Assembly: GCA_036170915.1 (NCBI GenBank)
Contig: JAVHQC010000016.1
Span: 69,527 to 133,526 of the forward strand
Length of the DNA stretch: 64,000 nt
Direction: 5' to 3'
Source: Cyanobacteria bacterium auto_48_18
Lineage (GTDB): Bacteria > Cyanobacteriota > Vampirovibrionia > Obscuribacterales > Obscuribacteraceae
Below the pieces are notes generated by a model. The model saw nothing but the letters and a program-made list of their open reading frames with translations. It ran no database searches and was not told the origin of the DNA. Of this stretch, positions 1 through 10,933 are shown piece after piece. Each line of letters starts with the position of its first letter. The first letter of the stretch is position 1. A program made the position numbers and the translations under genes.

Positions 1-185
1 ACAGTATTATCTGTAGCAGCTGTAGCACCTGATTCGGCACTAGCAGTGATATCACTGCCAATCAGCTGTTTGAGATCGTTCATGTAAGCGCGAATGGTAT
101 GAGATGAGTAGTTGCGTTCTACTTCTAAGTAGCCTGCAAACTGGTTGAGCCAGTTCTTGTGAGCGTTAGGCAGGCTTATTTCCAT
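1..185 (-). CDS. Tyrosine recombinase XerC/XerD family, N-terminal part (runs off the window start; absent from ORF track)
   Basis: Manual translation MEISLPNAHKNWLNQFAGYLEVERNYSSHTIRAYMNDLKQL matches the Xer SAM-like N-terminus (FL.YL..ER..S.hT..aY..DL). GAGGT SD precedes ATG 185; alternative ATG at 209. Confidence 0.75.
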   Translation of the reverse strand, partial: MEISLPNAHKNWLNQFAGYLEVERNYSSHTIRAYMNDLKQLIGSDITASAESGATAATDNT

Positions 186-479
186 AGAACCTCGTGCATT
201 ATTTGACATGGTATCCGGCAGGCCGATATTGAGTCCTCCAGATTGCGTTCCACTTGTACTATGAGTGTCCGAGGTTCCATTTTGAAAAGTCACAGTTAAC
301 CGTCTTTCTAGATTTAGTAATTGATGTGCACCACAATAACAATTATGAGAACTTTGAAAGCTTTGTAAAGACCCCAACAGTCACCATCTGTGATGTCATG
401 GGGCGAATAGGGTTTCAATTATCGGCTGCGCCGATAAAAAAAGCGGTGTCATCCATGGTGGCGTAAAGTCACTAATGAT

Positions 480-575
480 CGGGGATGCGTGGGAATCGAA
501 CCCACCCAGGGCAGCGTAAATCTACCCCGCAACGGTTTTGAAGACCGCACACCACACCAGCGATGCTCCATCCCC
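480..575 (-). tRNA. selC: tRNA-Sec (anticodon UCA)
   Basis: 96 nt. Acceptor GGGGATGG/GCATCCCC with discriminator G, 6-bp D stem CATCGC/GTGGTG with 4-nt loop TGGT, anticodon loop CT-TCA-AA, long variable arm CGGGGTAG/CTGCCCTG, T arm GTGGG-TTCGATT-CCCAC. CCA is not encoded. Confidence 0.95.
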
Positions 576-792
576 ATAGAGCTGCTCAATTGCTGAGGTT
601 CGTCCAAAGCAAGGTGAACTGCCGATCTTAGTAACTTATGTAAGTTTCATGGGCATTAAGAAAAACAAAAGTTATTAATGAAATTTTATGAAGCAGAGCA
701 ATGCCTCAGCGGGCGAGGTGCTCGGGGATCGTGTAAAACTTCTAATAGCGGTTGTAAGGAGCCCAAGAACGTCACAGTTCCCTACATTTGCA

Positions 793-822
793 TTGACAAT
801 ATAAGAGAGTAATACGTATAGT
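793..822 (+). promoter_or_regulatory. Sigma-70-type promoter of the rpoB operon
   Basis: TTGACA (793-798), 18-nt spacer, TATAGT (817-822). Confidence 0.7.
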
Positions 823-913
823 TCCTTCCCTGTGCCTGCATTTGCCTACGCAACTGCAATTTCGTGCAGCTTTGCACGTGCACATAAGTCCAGCCACTCA
901 ACAGAGGTAACCG

Positions 914-3900
914 ATGGCTTTAGAGTTGTCTGAGCGCGTCCGAACCTTCGGGGCGGGAAGTTCGCGCATCGCGGATTTACCTGATCTCGCTGAAATTCAG
1001 AAAAGTTCGTTCAAATGGTTTATCGAAGAAGGTCTTGCAGAGGAACTGCGGGCTTTCAGTCCTATCAAGGACTACACAGGAAGGTTGGAGCTCCATTTCC
1101 TGACAAATTACAATTTTGAGGATCATACTGAGCCTAACAAGCCCAAGACTCCCGAAGACGCCAGAGCGTTAGATGCCAGCTTCACCAAGAAGCTGCGTAT
1201 TCAAATGCGACTGGTCAATCGCGAGATGGGTGAGATTAAGGAGCAAGAGATTTACGTCGGTGACATACCGATGATGACCGACCGCGGTACCTTCATTATT
1301 AATGGAGCAGAGCGGGTGATCGTTTCTCAGATTGTTCGCTCTCCTGGCATCTACTATAAAAGGGAAGTAGATACGAACGGTAAGCGCACATTCTCAGCTA
1401 CATTGATTCCCAACCGTGGGGCCTGGCTGAAATTTGAAACTGATGTCAATGACATCATCTATGTAAAGATCGACAAAAATAGAAAACTTCCTGCCACTAC
1501 ACTGCTGCGTGCCCTGGGCTACTCAGACAGTGAAATGGAAAGTCTTTTCCGTCACAAAGAATTCCTCAAGAAGACTCTTGATAAGGATTCCAACAAGACT
1601 CGCGAAGATTCATTGATTGAGGTCTACCGCAAACTGCGTCCAGGCGATCCGCCTTCCGTAGCCGGCGGTCAGAGCATTCTCGACAGCCGTTTCTTTGATG
1701 ACAAACGTTATGACTTGGGTCGCGTTGGTCGTTACAAGCTCAACAAAAAGCTCAGTCTTTCAGTGCCTGAAGCACAACGGACTCTCACAAGAGAAGACAT
1801 TGTCGCCGCTGTTGACTATCTAATCGGCCTCCACTATGACGAAGGTCACGTGGATGATATCGACCACTTAGGCAATCGCCGCATCAGATCTGTGGGTGAG
1901 TTGCTGCAGAACCAGTTCAGAATTGGTTTGACCCGTCTGGAAAGAATTGTGCGTGAGCGCATGACTTTGCAAGATGCCGACACTCTCACTCCAGCTAACT
2001 TGCTTAACACCAAGCCTCTGGTAGCAGCCATTCGCGAGTTCTTCGGATCATCGCAATTGTCTCAGTTCATGGACCAGACTAATCCTCTGGCAGAACTCAC
2101 CCACAAGCGCAGACTGTCTGCTCTTGGACCTGGTGGTTTGTCTCGTGAACGCGCCGGATTTGCTGTTCGAGATATTCACCCTAGCCATTACGGACGTATC
2201 TGTCCTGTAGAAACTCCTGAAGGTCCTAACGCTGGTCTGATTGGCTCACTGGCTACTCATGCTCGCGTTAACTCTTACGGTTTCATCGAAACGCCTTATC
2301 GCCGTGTTGAAGGTGGTATCGTCACCGACCAGATTCATTACTTAACTGCTGATGAAGAAGATAACTACAGAGTCGCTCCTGGCGACGCTCCGGTTAACGA
2401 TGACGGCACATTTGTTCATCCACTGGTGCCTGTGCGTTACCGCGCAGAGTTTATTGAAACCGGCCCCGAACAAGTTGACTATGTGGGCGTCAGCCCAATT
2501 CAAATTGTCTCTGTGGGAACGGCCTTGATTCCATTCCTCGAGCACGATGACGCCAACCGCGCCCTCATGGGTTCGAACATGCAACGTCAGTCTGTGCCTC
2601 TGGTACGTACTGAAAGACCACTGGTGACAACCGGTATTGAGCGTCAATCAGCCAGAGACTCAGGCATGGTGATCGTGGCCGATTGTGAAGGTAAAGCAGA
2701 ATACGTTTCCGCTACATCTATACATATCCGCACCAAAGACAAACGCCTCGTCAAATACAGACTGTCGAAGTTCCAGCGCTCCAACCAGGATACTTGCTTG
2801 AACCAGAAACCAATTTTGCGTGTTGGCGACAGCTGCAAACCTGGTGACGTGATCGCCGACGGTGCTGCCACCAACACTGGTGAACTATCTGTAGGTCGTA
2901 ACCTGCTCGTGGCCTTTATGCCATGGGAAGGCTACAACTTTGAAGATGCGATTTTGATTAGCCAGCGTCTGGTTTTCGAAGATGTATTGACTTCCATTCA
3001 CATCGAGAAACTAGAAATCGATGCTCGCTCAACCAAGCTTGGTCCTGAAGAAATCACCCGTGAAGTGCCAAACGTCTCGGAAGAATCTTTGCGCCACCTG
3101 GATGAAAACGGCATCGTGCGCATCGGTTCAAGAGTTTATCCTGACGATATTCTCGTGGGCAAAATCACTCCTAAAGGTGAATCCGAGCATCCTCCTGAAG
3201 AAAAACTTCTACGAGCAATCTTCGGTGAAAAAGCACGCGACGTGCGCGACAACTCGTTAAGAGTGCCGCACGGAGAAGGCGGACGCGTAGTAGACGTTAA
3301 AGTCTTCGACCGCGAAAAAGGTGACGAACTGCCACCTGTTGCCAACAAAGTGGTGCGCGTCTATATCGCTCAGAAACGTAAAGTTTCAGTGGGCGACAAG
3401 GTTGCGGGCCGCCACGGTAACAAAGGTATCGTCGCTAAAATTCTGCCAACAGAAGATATGCCATTCTTGCCTGACGGTACACCAGTCGACATCGTTCTTA
3501 ATCCGCTGGGCGTACCAAGCCGGATGAACGTTGGTCAAACTTTTGAAACACTGCTTGGTCTAGCAGCGATGCTCACCAATCAGCGTTATGAAGTGCCACC
3601 ATTCGACGAAATGTACGAAAAAGAAGCTTCTTATATGAGCGTCAACCGCGAAGTCGTAAAAGGCAAAGCGATGACAGGCTTCGATTGGATTGGCGATGAC
3701 GGAAAAGTCACCTTATATGATGGCCGCTCCGGCGACGCTTTCGAAAATCCAGTATCGGTAGGCAAAATCTACATGATGAAACTCGTTCACTTGGTGGACG
3801 ATAAGATTCACGCTCGTTCAACTGGTCCTTACAGCTTGGTTACACAGCAACCGCTGGGTGGTAAAGCGCAATTTGGTGGTCAGCGTCTGGGAGAAATGGA

Positions 3901-4447
3901 ATGCTGGGCTCTTGAAGCCTTCGGCGCCGGTTACTCTCTGCAAGAAATGCTCACCATCAAGTCAGATGACGTTAACGGCAGATCGAAAGCTTATGAATCA
4001 ATCGTTAAGGGTGAAAACCTGAGACGTCCTGGAATTCCTGAGTCATTCAAAGTGCTGGTTCGCGAACTGCAATCAATCGGTCTTGATGTTTCTGTGGCTA
4101 AGCGCACTCGTGAAGGCCAAGAAGTAGAAGTCGATTTGATGACAGAAGTGGAAGAAGTTCGACCACGCGGACTGCGCAGATTGAGTCCATTCGGTGAAAT
4201 CGGTCTGGAGTCTGAGCTCGCTGAGCTCTCACGCCATACTGCTATTCCAGCTTCGGCAGTCGCTACTGTGGACTCTGAAGAAGGTGAAGAAGGTGATGTG
4301 GCTGACGAAGGATTCGATCCTCTCGCACTGCTCACGCCTGTTGTTGCACCTATCGTCGGAGCCGTTGAAGCCCTTGTTGGAGCCGTGGAAGATTTGTTTG
4401 CTCCTGAAGTAGACGACGATCTGGTCGACGATTCTGACGACGCCTAA
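914..4447 (+). CDS. rpoB: RNA polymerase beta subunit
   Basis: Motifs [53 protein letters not shown]. Confidence 0.99.
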   Translation: MALELSERVRTFGAGSSRIADLPDLAEIQKSSFKWFIEEGLAEELRAFSPIKDYTGRLELHFLTNYNFEDHTEPNKPKTPEDARALDASFTKKLRIQMRLVNREMGEIKEQEIYVGDIPMMTDRGTFIINGAERVIVSQIVRSPGIYYKREVDTNGKRTFSATLIPNRGAWLKFETDVNDIIYVKIDKNRKLPATTLLRALGYSDSEMESLFRHKEFLKKTLDKDSNKTREDSLIEVYRKLRPGDPPSVAGGQSILDSRFFDDKRYDLGRVGRYKLNKKLSLSVPEAQRTLTREDIVAAVDYLIGLHYDEGHVDDIDHLGNRRIRSVGELLQNQFRIGLTRLERIVRERMTLQDADTLTPANLLNTKPLVAAIREFFGSSQLSQFMDQTNPLAELTHKRRLSALGPGGLSRERAGFAVRDIHPSHYGRICPVETPEGPNAGLIGSLATHARVNSYGFIETPYRRVEGGIVTDQIHYLTADEEDNYRVAPGDAPVNDDGTFVHPLVPVRYRAEFIETGPEQVDYVGVSPIQIVSVGTALIPFLEHDDANRALMGSNMQRQSVPLVRTERPLVTTGIERQSARDSGMVIVADCEGKAEYVSATSIHIRTKDKRLVKYRLSKFQRSNQDTCLNQKPILRVGDSCKPGDVIADGAATNTGELSVGRNLLVAFMPWEGYNFEDAILISQRLVFEDVLTSIHIEKLEIDARSTKLGPEEITREVPNVSEESLRHLDENGIVRIGSRVYPDDILVGKITPKGESEHPPEEKLLRAIFGEKARDVRDNSLRVPHGEGGRVVDVKVFDREKGDELPPVANKVVRVYIAQKRKVSVGDKVAGRHGNKGIVAKILPTEDMPFLPDGTPVDIVLNPLGVPSRMNVGQTFETLLGLAAMLTNQRYEVPPFDEMYEKEASYMSVNREVVKGKAMTGFDWIGDDGKVTLYDGRSGDAFENPVSVGKIYMMKLVHLVDDKIHARSTGPYSLVTQQPLGGKAQFGGQRLGEMECWALEAFGAGYSLQEMLTIKSDDVNGRSKAYESIVKGENLRRPGIPESFKVLVRELQSIGLDVSVAKRTREGQEVEVDLMTEVEEVRPRGLRRLSPFGEIGLESELAELSRHTAIPASAVATVDSEEGEEGDVADEGFDPLALLTPVVAPIVGAVEALVGAVEDLFAPEVDDDLVDDSDDA

Positions 4448-4491
4448 GCTAGCTAAAAACCTGATATTCAAAGAGAGGACTGTCATCTAAT

Positions 4492-6291
4492 ATGACTACG
4501 AGTATTGACCGTTTTGACTACATCAAAATTGGAATCGCATCACCGGAACGTATCCTTAGCTGGTCACATGGCGAAGTAACAAAACCGGAAACCATTAACT
4601 ACCGTACTCTCAAACCTGAGAAAGACGGTCTGTTTTGCGAACGCATTTTTGGACCATCAAAAGACTGGGAATGCTATTGCGGTAAATATAAAAGAGTGCG
4701 TCACAGAGGCATCACTTGCGAACGTTGCGGCGTTGAAGTAACTGATTCCAAAGTGCGTCGTCACCGCATGGGCCATATCAAACTGGCTTCACCAGTGACT
4801 CACATCTGGTTCCTCAAAGGTATTCCAAGCTATATCGGTTTGCTTCTCGATTTGCCTTTGCGCGATTTAGAGCAAGTGGTGTACTTCAATGCTTATGCGG
4901 TGACCAACCAGGGTAACTCGCCAGATTTGCACAAGAATCAACTTCTTGCTGAAGACGAGTACGAGAAACTCTTAGAAGATCCAAACATGCAGTTTGACGT
5001 CGGTATCGGTGCAGAAGCTGTTAAACAGCTCTTGTTCGATATTGCCAGACCGCAATACGAGCGTCCTGATAACAAAGACGATCGCGGCAGATTGCTTGAA
5101 TTACCTGGTTTGAAAGAACTCTCTAAGCAATTACGTGAAGAACTGGCTGGCGCCGGCGGCTCGCAACAGAAGCGAGCAAAAATCATCAAGCGTCTGCGTT
5201 TGGTGGAAGCTCTCGTTAATTCCCACACTGACCCAACCTGGGTTGTGCTCGATAATCTACCGGTGACACCACCTGATTTGCGCCCCATGGTGCAGTTGGA
5301 TGGTGGACGATTCGCTACTTCAGACTTGAACGATCTGTATCGCCGAGTAATCAACCGCAATAACCGTCTGGCTCGTCTGCTCGAGATGGGCGCTCCTGAA
5401 ATCATCGTGCGTAACGAAAAGCGTATGTTGCAAGAAGCTGTTGACGCTTTAATTGATAACGGTAGACGCGGTCGCGTGGTGGTTGGTCCAAACAACCGTC
5501 CACTGAAATCACTCTCGAACATTATCGAAGGTAAGCAAGGTCGTTTCCGTCAGAACTTGCTCGGTAAGCGGGTTGACTACTCAGGACGATCTGTAATCGT
5601 AGTTGGTCCAACTCTCAAATTGCACCAGTGCGGTTTGCCTAGAGAAATGGCTCTTGAGCTCTTCAAGCCATTTGTAATCAACAAACTGATTGAAAGACAG
5701 ATTGTTCAGAACATCAAATCTGCCAAGAAACAAATCGAAAAAGGCTCAGCCATCGTCTGGGAAATTCTTGAAGAAGTTATTCAAGGACACCCTGTACTCC
5801 TGAACCGCGCTCCTACACTGCACAGACTGGGTATTCAAGCTTTTGAACCAGTACTGGTGGAAGGCCGCGCTATTCAGTTGCACCCGCTTGTTTGTTCGGC
5901 ATTCAACGCCGACTTCGACGGTGACCAAATGGCCGTGCACGTTCCTCTGTCAGTTGAAGCTCAAGCTGAAGCACATATGCTGATGCTGGCTTCGAATAAC
6001 ACACTTCTTCCGGCTACCGGACGTCCAACCATCACTCCTACTCAGGATATGGTGCTTGGTATTTATTACCTGACTATCGAAAAGCCAGGCAATGATGATC
6101 CGAAAGTTTGTCGTGGTGCCGGCATGAGATTTGTCTCTTTAGCTGATGCAAGATCTGCTTACGAAGCTGGAATTCTTGATTTGCACGCCAAAATCAACGT
6201 GCGTGATGTGGACGGCAAAATGGTTGCCACCACTCCCGGACGAGTTATCTTCAACGAAGTGGTACGCGAAGCCATTCTAGTAATCAACTAG
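4492..6291 (+). CDS. rpoC1: RNA polymerase gamma subunit (N-terminal half of split beta')
   Basis: Zn-ribbon CYCGKY..CERC, catalytic NADFDGD; ends at 599 aa. Confidence 0.98.
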   Translation: MTTSIDRFDYIKIGIASPERILSWSHGEVTKPETINYRTLKPEKDGLFCERIFGPSKDWECYCGKYKRVRHRGITCERCGVEVTDSKVRRHRMGHIKLASPVTHIWFLKGIPSYIGLLLDLPLRDLEQVVYFNAYAVTNQGNSPDLHKNQLLAEDEYEKLLEDPNMQFDVGIGAEAVKQLLFDIARPQYERPDNKDDRGRLLELPGLKELSKQLREELAGAGGSQQKRAKIIKRLRLVEALVNSHTDPTWVVLDNLPVTPPDLRPMVQLDGGRFATSDLNDLYRRVINRNNRLARLLEMGAPEIIVRNEKRMLQEAVDALIDNGRRGRVVVGPNNRPLKSLSNIIEGKQGRFRQNLLGKRVDYSGRSVIVVGPTLKLHQCGLPREMALELFKPFVINKLIERQIVQNIKSAKKQIEKGSAIVWEILEEVIQGHPVLLNRAPTLHRLGIQAFEPVLVEGRAIQLHPLVCSAFNADFDGDQMAVHVPLSVEAQAEAHMLMLASNNTLLPATGRPTITPTQDMVLGIYYLTIEKPGNDDPKVCRGAGMRFVSLADARSAYEAGILDLHAKINVRDVDGKMVATTPGRVIFNEVVREAILVIN

Positions 6292-6358
6292 TTTTACTGG
6301 TTATCAAAATAACTAGAGCTTCAGCGGTTTTTCAAAACCTTTATTTAAAGAGGGACTA

Positions 6359-9300
6359 ATGGTCACAGCAGGCGATAAGAAGAAAGAAACAATGGATTTC
6401 ATCAACACCACTGTTGATAAGAAGAAGCTCGGCAATCTTCTATCAGATGTGTATGAGAGATTCGGCACAGCAAGAACGGCCGAACTGGCCAACTCGCTGA
6501 AAAATTTGGGCTTTAAGTTTGCCACCAAAGCCGGCGTCACCGTTTCAATCGATGACTTAGATGTACCGGAAGCCAAAAAAGGCTTGATTTCGGCTGCAGA
6601 AAAAGAAATCGAAGAAGCGCAGCGTCGTTACGAGCGTGGTGATATCACAGAAGTAGAACGCTACAACAAAGTAATCGACACCTGGTCAGCCACCACCGAC
6701 CAGTTGACTAAAGAAGTTGTAGATAACTTTGATCGCTTGAACCCCGTATACATGATGGCTTTCTCCGGAGCTAGAGGTAACATCTCTCAGGTTCGTCAGT
6801 TAGTTGGTATGCGTGGTCTGATGGCTGACTCACAAGGTCAGATCATCGACTTGCCGATTAAGTCGAACTTCCGTGAAGGCTTGAACGTTACCGAGTACAT
6901 CATCTCTTCTTATGGCGCCAGAAAGGGCCTTGTAGATACAGCTCTGAAAACCGCCGACTCAGGATACTTGACCAGAAGACTGGTTGACGTTGCTCAAGAT
7001 GTGATTGTGCGTGAACCAGACTGCGGCACCGTACGCGGTATCTTCATGCAACCGATTGCAGAAGGCGACAAAGACTTAGTGACATTGCAAGAGCGCATCT
7101 TTGGCCGCTCAGCATCTGTTGACGTAGCTGATCCTAATACCGGTGAAGTACTGGTTCGCGCAGGCGAACTAATCAGCCGCAAAATGGCCGCTACTCTCGA
7201 CGAAACACTAAAAAGACCAAACAAAGTAGTAATGGTGCGCAGCCCACTGACTTGCGAAAGCCAGTATGGCGTTTGCCAGAAGTGCTACGGTTGGGCCCTC
7301 ACCAGCCACCGCCCAGTTGACCAGGGTGAAGCGATTGGTATTATCGCCGCTCAGTCAATCGGTGAACCAGGAACACAGCTGACTATGAGAACGTTCCACA
7401 CTGGTGGTGCGGTATCAGGCGGTAAGAGCCGTAACCAGGTCAAAGCACCTGCTAAAGGCGTTGTTTCATTCAAAATTCAAAGCCGTTCTATGCGCACCGC
7501 CTACGGTGACGTTATGGAACAGACAACTCGCGATGGCGTGATGAAAGTCACTGTGGGCGAGAAAGAACATTCATTCCCAGTTCCAGTCGGCACACTGCTC
7601 TTCTTGCCCACTGGCTCTGAAGTAGTAGCCGGACAGATTCTGGCTGAGTACGATCCACCAGGTTCGAAGAAGAACTTGACCGAGCGCGCCAGCAAAGACA
7701 TCACCGCCGACATCTCCGGCCGTATTATGTTCCAGAATTTCCAGGCTGACGAAAAACGCGACCGTCAGGGCAACATCTCAAGAACAGCCAACCGTGCCGG
7801 TATCATTTGGGTACTGGAAGGCGACGTGTACAACTTGCCATCAGGCGCTCACGTAGTGGTCAAAGATGGTCAAGACGTAAACGCATTAGATGTGTTGGCC
7901 GAAATTCAAATCACTTCCGAGCATGGTGGTGAAGTTAGATTTGGTCCTGAAATCGAGACTGAAACAGTCAAAATCTCCAAGACTAAATCACAAGTAAGAC
8001 TGACCAAGGGCAAAGAGATGAATGTGATCATCGCCTCGGTCGGTGCTAATAACGCCAAGCTTGAGCCTGGTCAAAAAGGCCACATCTGGAGAGTCTCTAA
8101 GCAAAAAGAATCGTTCGCCATTAAAGTGGTAAACGAAGAAGTTGTAGAGAACGGTAAAATTATTGCTGAGTTAGTTGATGACGGCTTGAACGTAGTCAGC
8201 TGCGGCGGCGAAATTATTTATGACGGCGTTGAAATCGACGATCGCCGCGTAGTCACCAAAGCCGGCAAAGTGCTCTTCGTTCCTGAAGAAGTACACTTCA
8301 TCTCTAAAGACTCTTCACTGAAAATGTCTGAGACTGGTGAAACAGTTACAGCGGGTCAGGAAGTGGTTAAAGATGTCTTCGCTCACATGGAAGGTATCGT
8401 TGAAATCATTGCCGATAACGACATTATTCACGAAGTAATTGTCAGACCAGGTGACCTGGTGCCAATCGGCGATCCATCTGAAGTGAAAGTACCTGAAGGC
8501 CAGATTGTTGAGCCAGGCACTGAGATTGTCGAAGGCTATGCCTACAAAGATCGCAAGCTGGTTAACCTCTTCGAAAAAGAAGATGGTTCCTGCTACGTCA
8601 TTGTTCGTCCAGTAGAAGAGTATTGGATTGAGCCTAGAGAGACCAAGTTCAAGCATAAAGCCACTGATGAAAAAATCTCCCTGCGCTCTGTCACCCAACT
8701 TCTGTTCCGTGACCGAGAAAAGGTTCGCCACATTCAAGGCGCGCAGTTGACCAGAACTTCTCTAGTTCTGCAAATGCAAGGCCACCTGCAATCTCTCAAG
8801 GGTATTGTAGAAATGGGCGAAGACCTCAATATCGTTGTGCAAGAAAATATTCTCTTGCGCCGCGAACAAGATCTGAACGTCACTCTGCTTTCTGTTGAAC
8901 ATGGACAAATCATTGACGCTAAATCAGCTGTTGCCACCACGCAAGTGCTGACCAGAACCGATGCCCGCGTACAACTGTCTAAGACTGACGAACGCAGAAT
9001 TCTGCTCGTCACCGAAGAACAGCAAGTACACCAGAAAATCAAAGGCACTTGCAACCTGAAAGAGGGCGATTTGATTCGCTTCGGCGATCCGCTTTCCAAA
9101 GCCTCCACCGCTTGCATTTCAGGACAAATCGTCTCCAATGAAGGAGCTGAAATTGTCTTGAGAAAAGGCCGTCCGTATCTGATCTCAGTCAACACACAAT
9201 TACAGTGCGAAGACGGAAACCTGGTACAACGGGGCGATTTGCTGGCCACACTGATATTTGAACGTCAGAAAACCGGAGACATCGTTCAGGGTCTGCCTAG

Positions 9301-10054
9301 AGTTGAAGAAGTTCTGGAAGCAAGAAAACCTAAAGAAGCTGCCATTCTCGCTGAGCGTGAAGGCAAAGCTAAACTGGTCACCGAAGATGACACCACAAGA
9401 CTCTACATAGTCTTTGGTGATGGCACTGAAGAAGAAATTCCAATTCCTCAAGGTCTCAACATCATCTTAGAAGACGGCGACGCTGTCACTTTAGGTATGC
9501 CACTGACCGACGGCCCACCGAACCCGCACGATATCGTCAGACTGCGCGGCATTGAAGCTGCTCAGAAATATCTGGTAGATGAAGTGCAGTCGGTTTACCG
9601 CTCGCAAGGTGTAGAAATTGCCGACAAACACATCGAAGTAATCGTCAGACAAATGACTCGCAAAGTCAGAGTCGATGATCCGAAAGACACGATCATGTTG
9701 CCGGGCGAACTGATGGAGCGCTATCACATCGACCAGGAGAACGAGAAATCGGCTCAACAAGGTCTTGAAGGTGCTACATACACTGATGTATTGCTTGGTA
9801 TCACCAAGGCATCACTGAACACCGAGTCATTCATCTCTGCCGCATCATTCCAGGAAACCACAAGAATTCTGACTGAAGCTGCTGTAGAAGGTAAGAAAGA
9901 CTGGTTGCGCGGTCTGAAAGAGAACGTCATCATCGGCCGTCTCATTCCTGCGGGTACTGGCTTCCAGGGCCACGCCATGCCGGTTGAAGAAGAGGAAGAA
10001 GAAGAAGATATCTATCCACCAATCGGTGAAGGTAGCTTCAACGTTCCTGCTTAA
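6359..10054 (+). CDS. rpoC2: RNA polymerase beta' C-terminal subunit with large SI3-type insertion
   Basis: Bridge helix DTALKTADSGYLTRRL, trigger loop EPGTQLTMRTFHTGG interrupted by a long insert before DIVQGLPRVEE, SFISAASFQETT. Confidence 0.98.
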   Translation: MVTAGDKKKETMDFINTTVDKKKLGNLLSDVYERFGTARTAELANSLKNLGFKFATKAGVTVSIDDLDVPEAKKGLISAAEKEIEEAQRRYERGDITEVERYNKVIDTWSATTDQLTKEVVDNFDRLNPVYMMAFSGARGNISQVRQLVGMRGLMADSQGQIIDLPIKSNFREGLNVTEYIISSYGARKGLVDTALKTADSGYLTRRLVDVAQDVIVREPDCGTVRGIFMQPIAEGDKDLVTLQERIFGRSASVDVADPNTGEVLVRAGELISRKMAATLDETLKRPNKVVMVRSPLTCESQYGVCQKCYGWALTSHRPVDQGEAIGIIAAQSIGEPGTQLTMRTFHTGGAVSGGKSRNQVKAPAKGVVSFKIQSRSMRTAYGDVMEQTTRDGVMKVTVGEKEHSFPVPVGTLLFLPTGSEVVAGQILAEYDPPGSKKNLTERASKDITADISGRIMFQNFQADEKRDRQGNISRTANRAGIIWVLEGDVYNLPSGAHVVVKDGQDVNALDVLAEIQITSEHGGEVRFGPEIETETVKISKTKSQVRLTKGKEMNVIIASVGANNAKLEPGQKGHIWRVSKQKESFAIKVVNEEVVENGKIIAELVDDGLNVVSCGGEIIYDGVEIDDRRVVTKAGKVLFVPEEVHFISKDSSLKMSETGETVTAGQEVVKDVFAHMEGIVEIIADNDIIHEVIVRPGDLVPIGDPSEVKVPEGQIVEPGTEIVEGYAYKDRKLVNLFEKEDGSCYVIVRPVEEYWIEPRETKFKHKATDEKISLRSVTQLLFRDREKVRHIQGAQLTRTSLVLQMQGHLQSLKGIVEMGEDLNIVVQENILLRREQDLNVTLLSVEHGQIIDAKSAVATTQVLTRTDARVQLSKTDERRILLVTEEQQVHQKIKGTCNLKEGDLIRFGDPLSKASTACISGQIVSNEGAEIVLRKGRPYLISVNTQLQCEDGNLVQRGDLLATLIFERQKTGDIVQGLPRVEEVLEARKPKEAAILAEREGKAKLVTEDDTTRLYIVFGDGTEEEIPIPQGLNIILEDGDAVTLGMPLTDGPPNPHDIVRLRGIEAAQKYLVDEVQSVYRSQGVEIADKHIEVIVRQMTRKVRVDDPKDTIMLPGELMERYHIDQENEKSAQQGLEGATYTDVLLGITKASLNTESFISAASFQETTRILTEAAVEGKKDWLRGLKENVIIGRLIPAGTGFQGHAMPVEEEEEEEDIYPPIGEGSFNVPA

Positions 10055-10081
10055 GCTGGGCATAGCTCAAATGGAAATATT

Positions 10082-10110
10082 AAAGACCCTCTTGCGAGGG
10101 TCTTTTTTTT
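10082..10110 (+). terminator. Rho-independent terminator of the rpo operon
   Basis: Stem AAAGACCCTC/GAGGGTCTTT, loop TTGC, within an 8-T run. Confidence 0.85.
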
Positions 10111-10171
10111 GGGGTCTCTCGCAAGAGGGTCTTTTATGTCTTCGAAAAAAAAAGATCTACTTGAGCGATTT

Positions 10172-10188
10172 GTGCAAGTTTTGTGCAA
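10172..10188 (-). promoter_or_regulatory. Putative OmpR-family tandem-repeat operator upstream of the response regulator
   Basis: GTGCAA-N5-GTGCAA, the reverse complement of the TTGCAC-N5-TTGCAC at 12170-12186; 11-bp period. Confidence 0.55.
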
Positions 10189-10258
10189 TGGCAATAAGTT
10201 GATTCTTTGGCGTTCTAATAGACTAGAATATGGTCCCCATTTTACAGTCTGCTAAATT

Positions 10259-10933
10259 ATGTCTCGCATTTTGGTTGTAGAAGATGAAGAAGGTTTATCT
10301 GGAGCCATTCAAGAATGGCTTGAAGAGGAATGCTACGTCGTATCGGTTATTAGTGACGGAGCTATTGCACTGGAAAAACTTCTGGCTGAACCTTACGAGC
10401 TTGTTTTACTAGACTGGATGCTGCCTAATTTAAGCGGAGTCGACATCTGTCGAAGTTATCGGGCGTCTGGTGGAAAAACGCCCATTCTTTTGCTGACGGC
10501 TAAGAGTACTCTAGCGGCAAAAGAAGAAGGACTCGACAGCGGCGCTGATGATTATTTGACCAAACCATTTAACATGCGTGAGCTTTCGGCCCGAGTGAGG
10601 GCGCTTTTGCGCAGGCCCAAGACTCAGCCTCAGATTTTATTGGCAGCCGGCAATATCAAATTAAATAGAAATTCTCGCACGGTGACAAAGAACGAGCAGA
10701 CTCTTAAACTGTTGCCGAAAGAATTTATACTGTTGGAAGTTTTAATGCGACATCAACAGACGGTCTTGAGCACTGAGGAGTTGATGGATCATGTCTGGGG
10801 TGCTAATGCACAAATTGCACCAGATACGGTGCGTTCCCATATTAAGGCTCTGCGAAAGAAAATCGACGATCCTCTTGGGTCTTCAATCATCAAAACCGTG
10901 CATGGGATGGGCTATATGATTGAGGCTGATTGA
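10259..10933 (+). CDS. OmpR/PhoB-family response regulator
   Basis: Receiver ILVVEDE..LLDWMLP..GADDYLTKPF plus winged-helix end IKTVHGMGY. Confidence 0.95.
   Translation: MSRILVVEDEEGLSGAIQEWLEEECYVVSVISDGAIALEKLLAEPYELVLLDWMLPNLSGVDICRSYRASGGKTPILLLTAKSTLAAKEEGLDSGADDYLTKPFNMRELSARVRALLRRPKTQPQILLAAGNIKLNRNSRTVTKNEQTLKLLPKEFILLEVLMRHQQTVLSTEELMDHVWGANAQIAPDTVRSHIKALRKKIDDPLGSSIIKTVHGMGYMIEAD

Noticed and set aside
254..466. 70-aa ORF between xer and selC
   Set aside because: TTG start without an SD and no recognisable motif; probably spurious
1..575. Tyrosine recombinase beside a tRNA 3' end as an integrated element
   Set aside because: The visible N-terminus looks like housekeeping XerC/D and no att duplication is visible. 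It cannot be fully excluded because the gene leaves the window.
1846..10202. Many short antisense or alternate-frame ORFs inside rpoB/rpoC1/rpoC2 and other long genes
   Set aside because: Shadows of codon bias in conserved genes; no independent motifs or start signals
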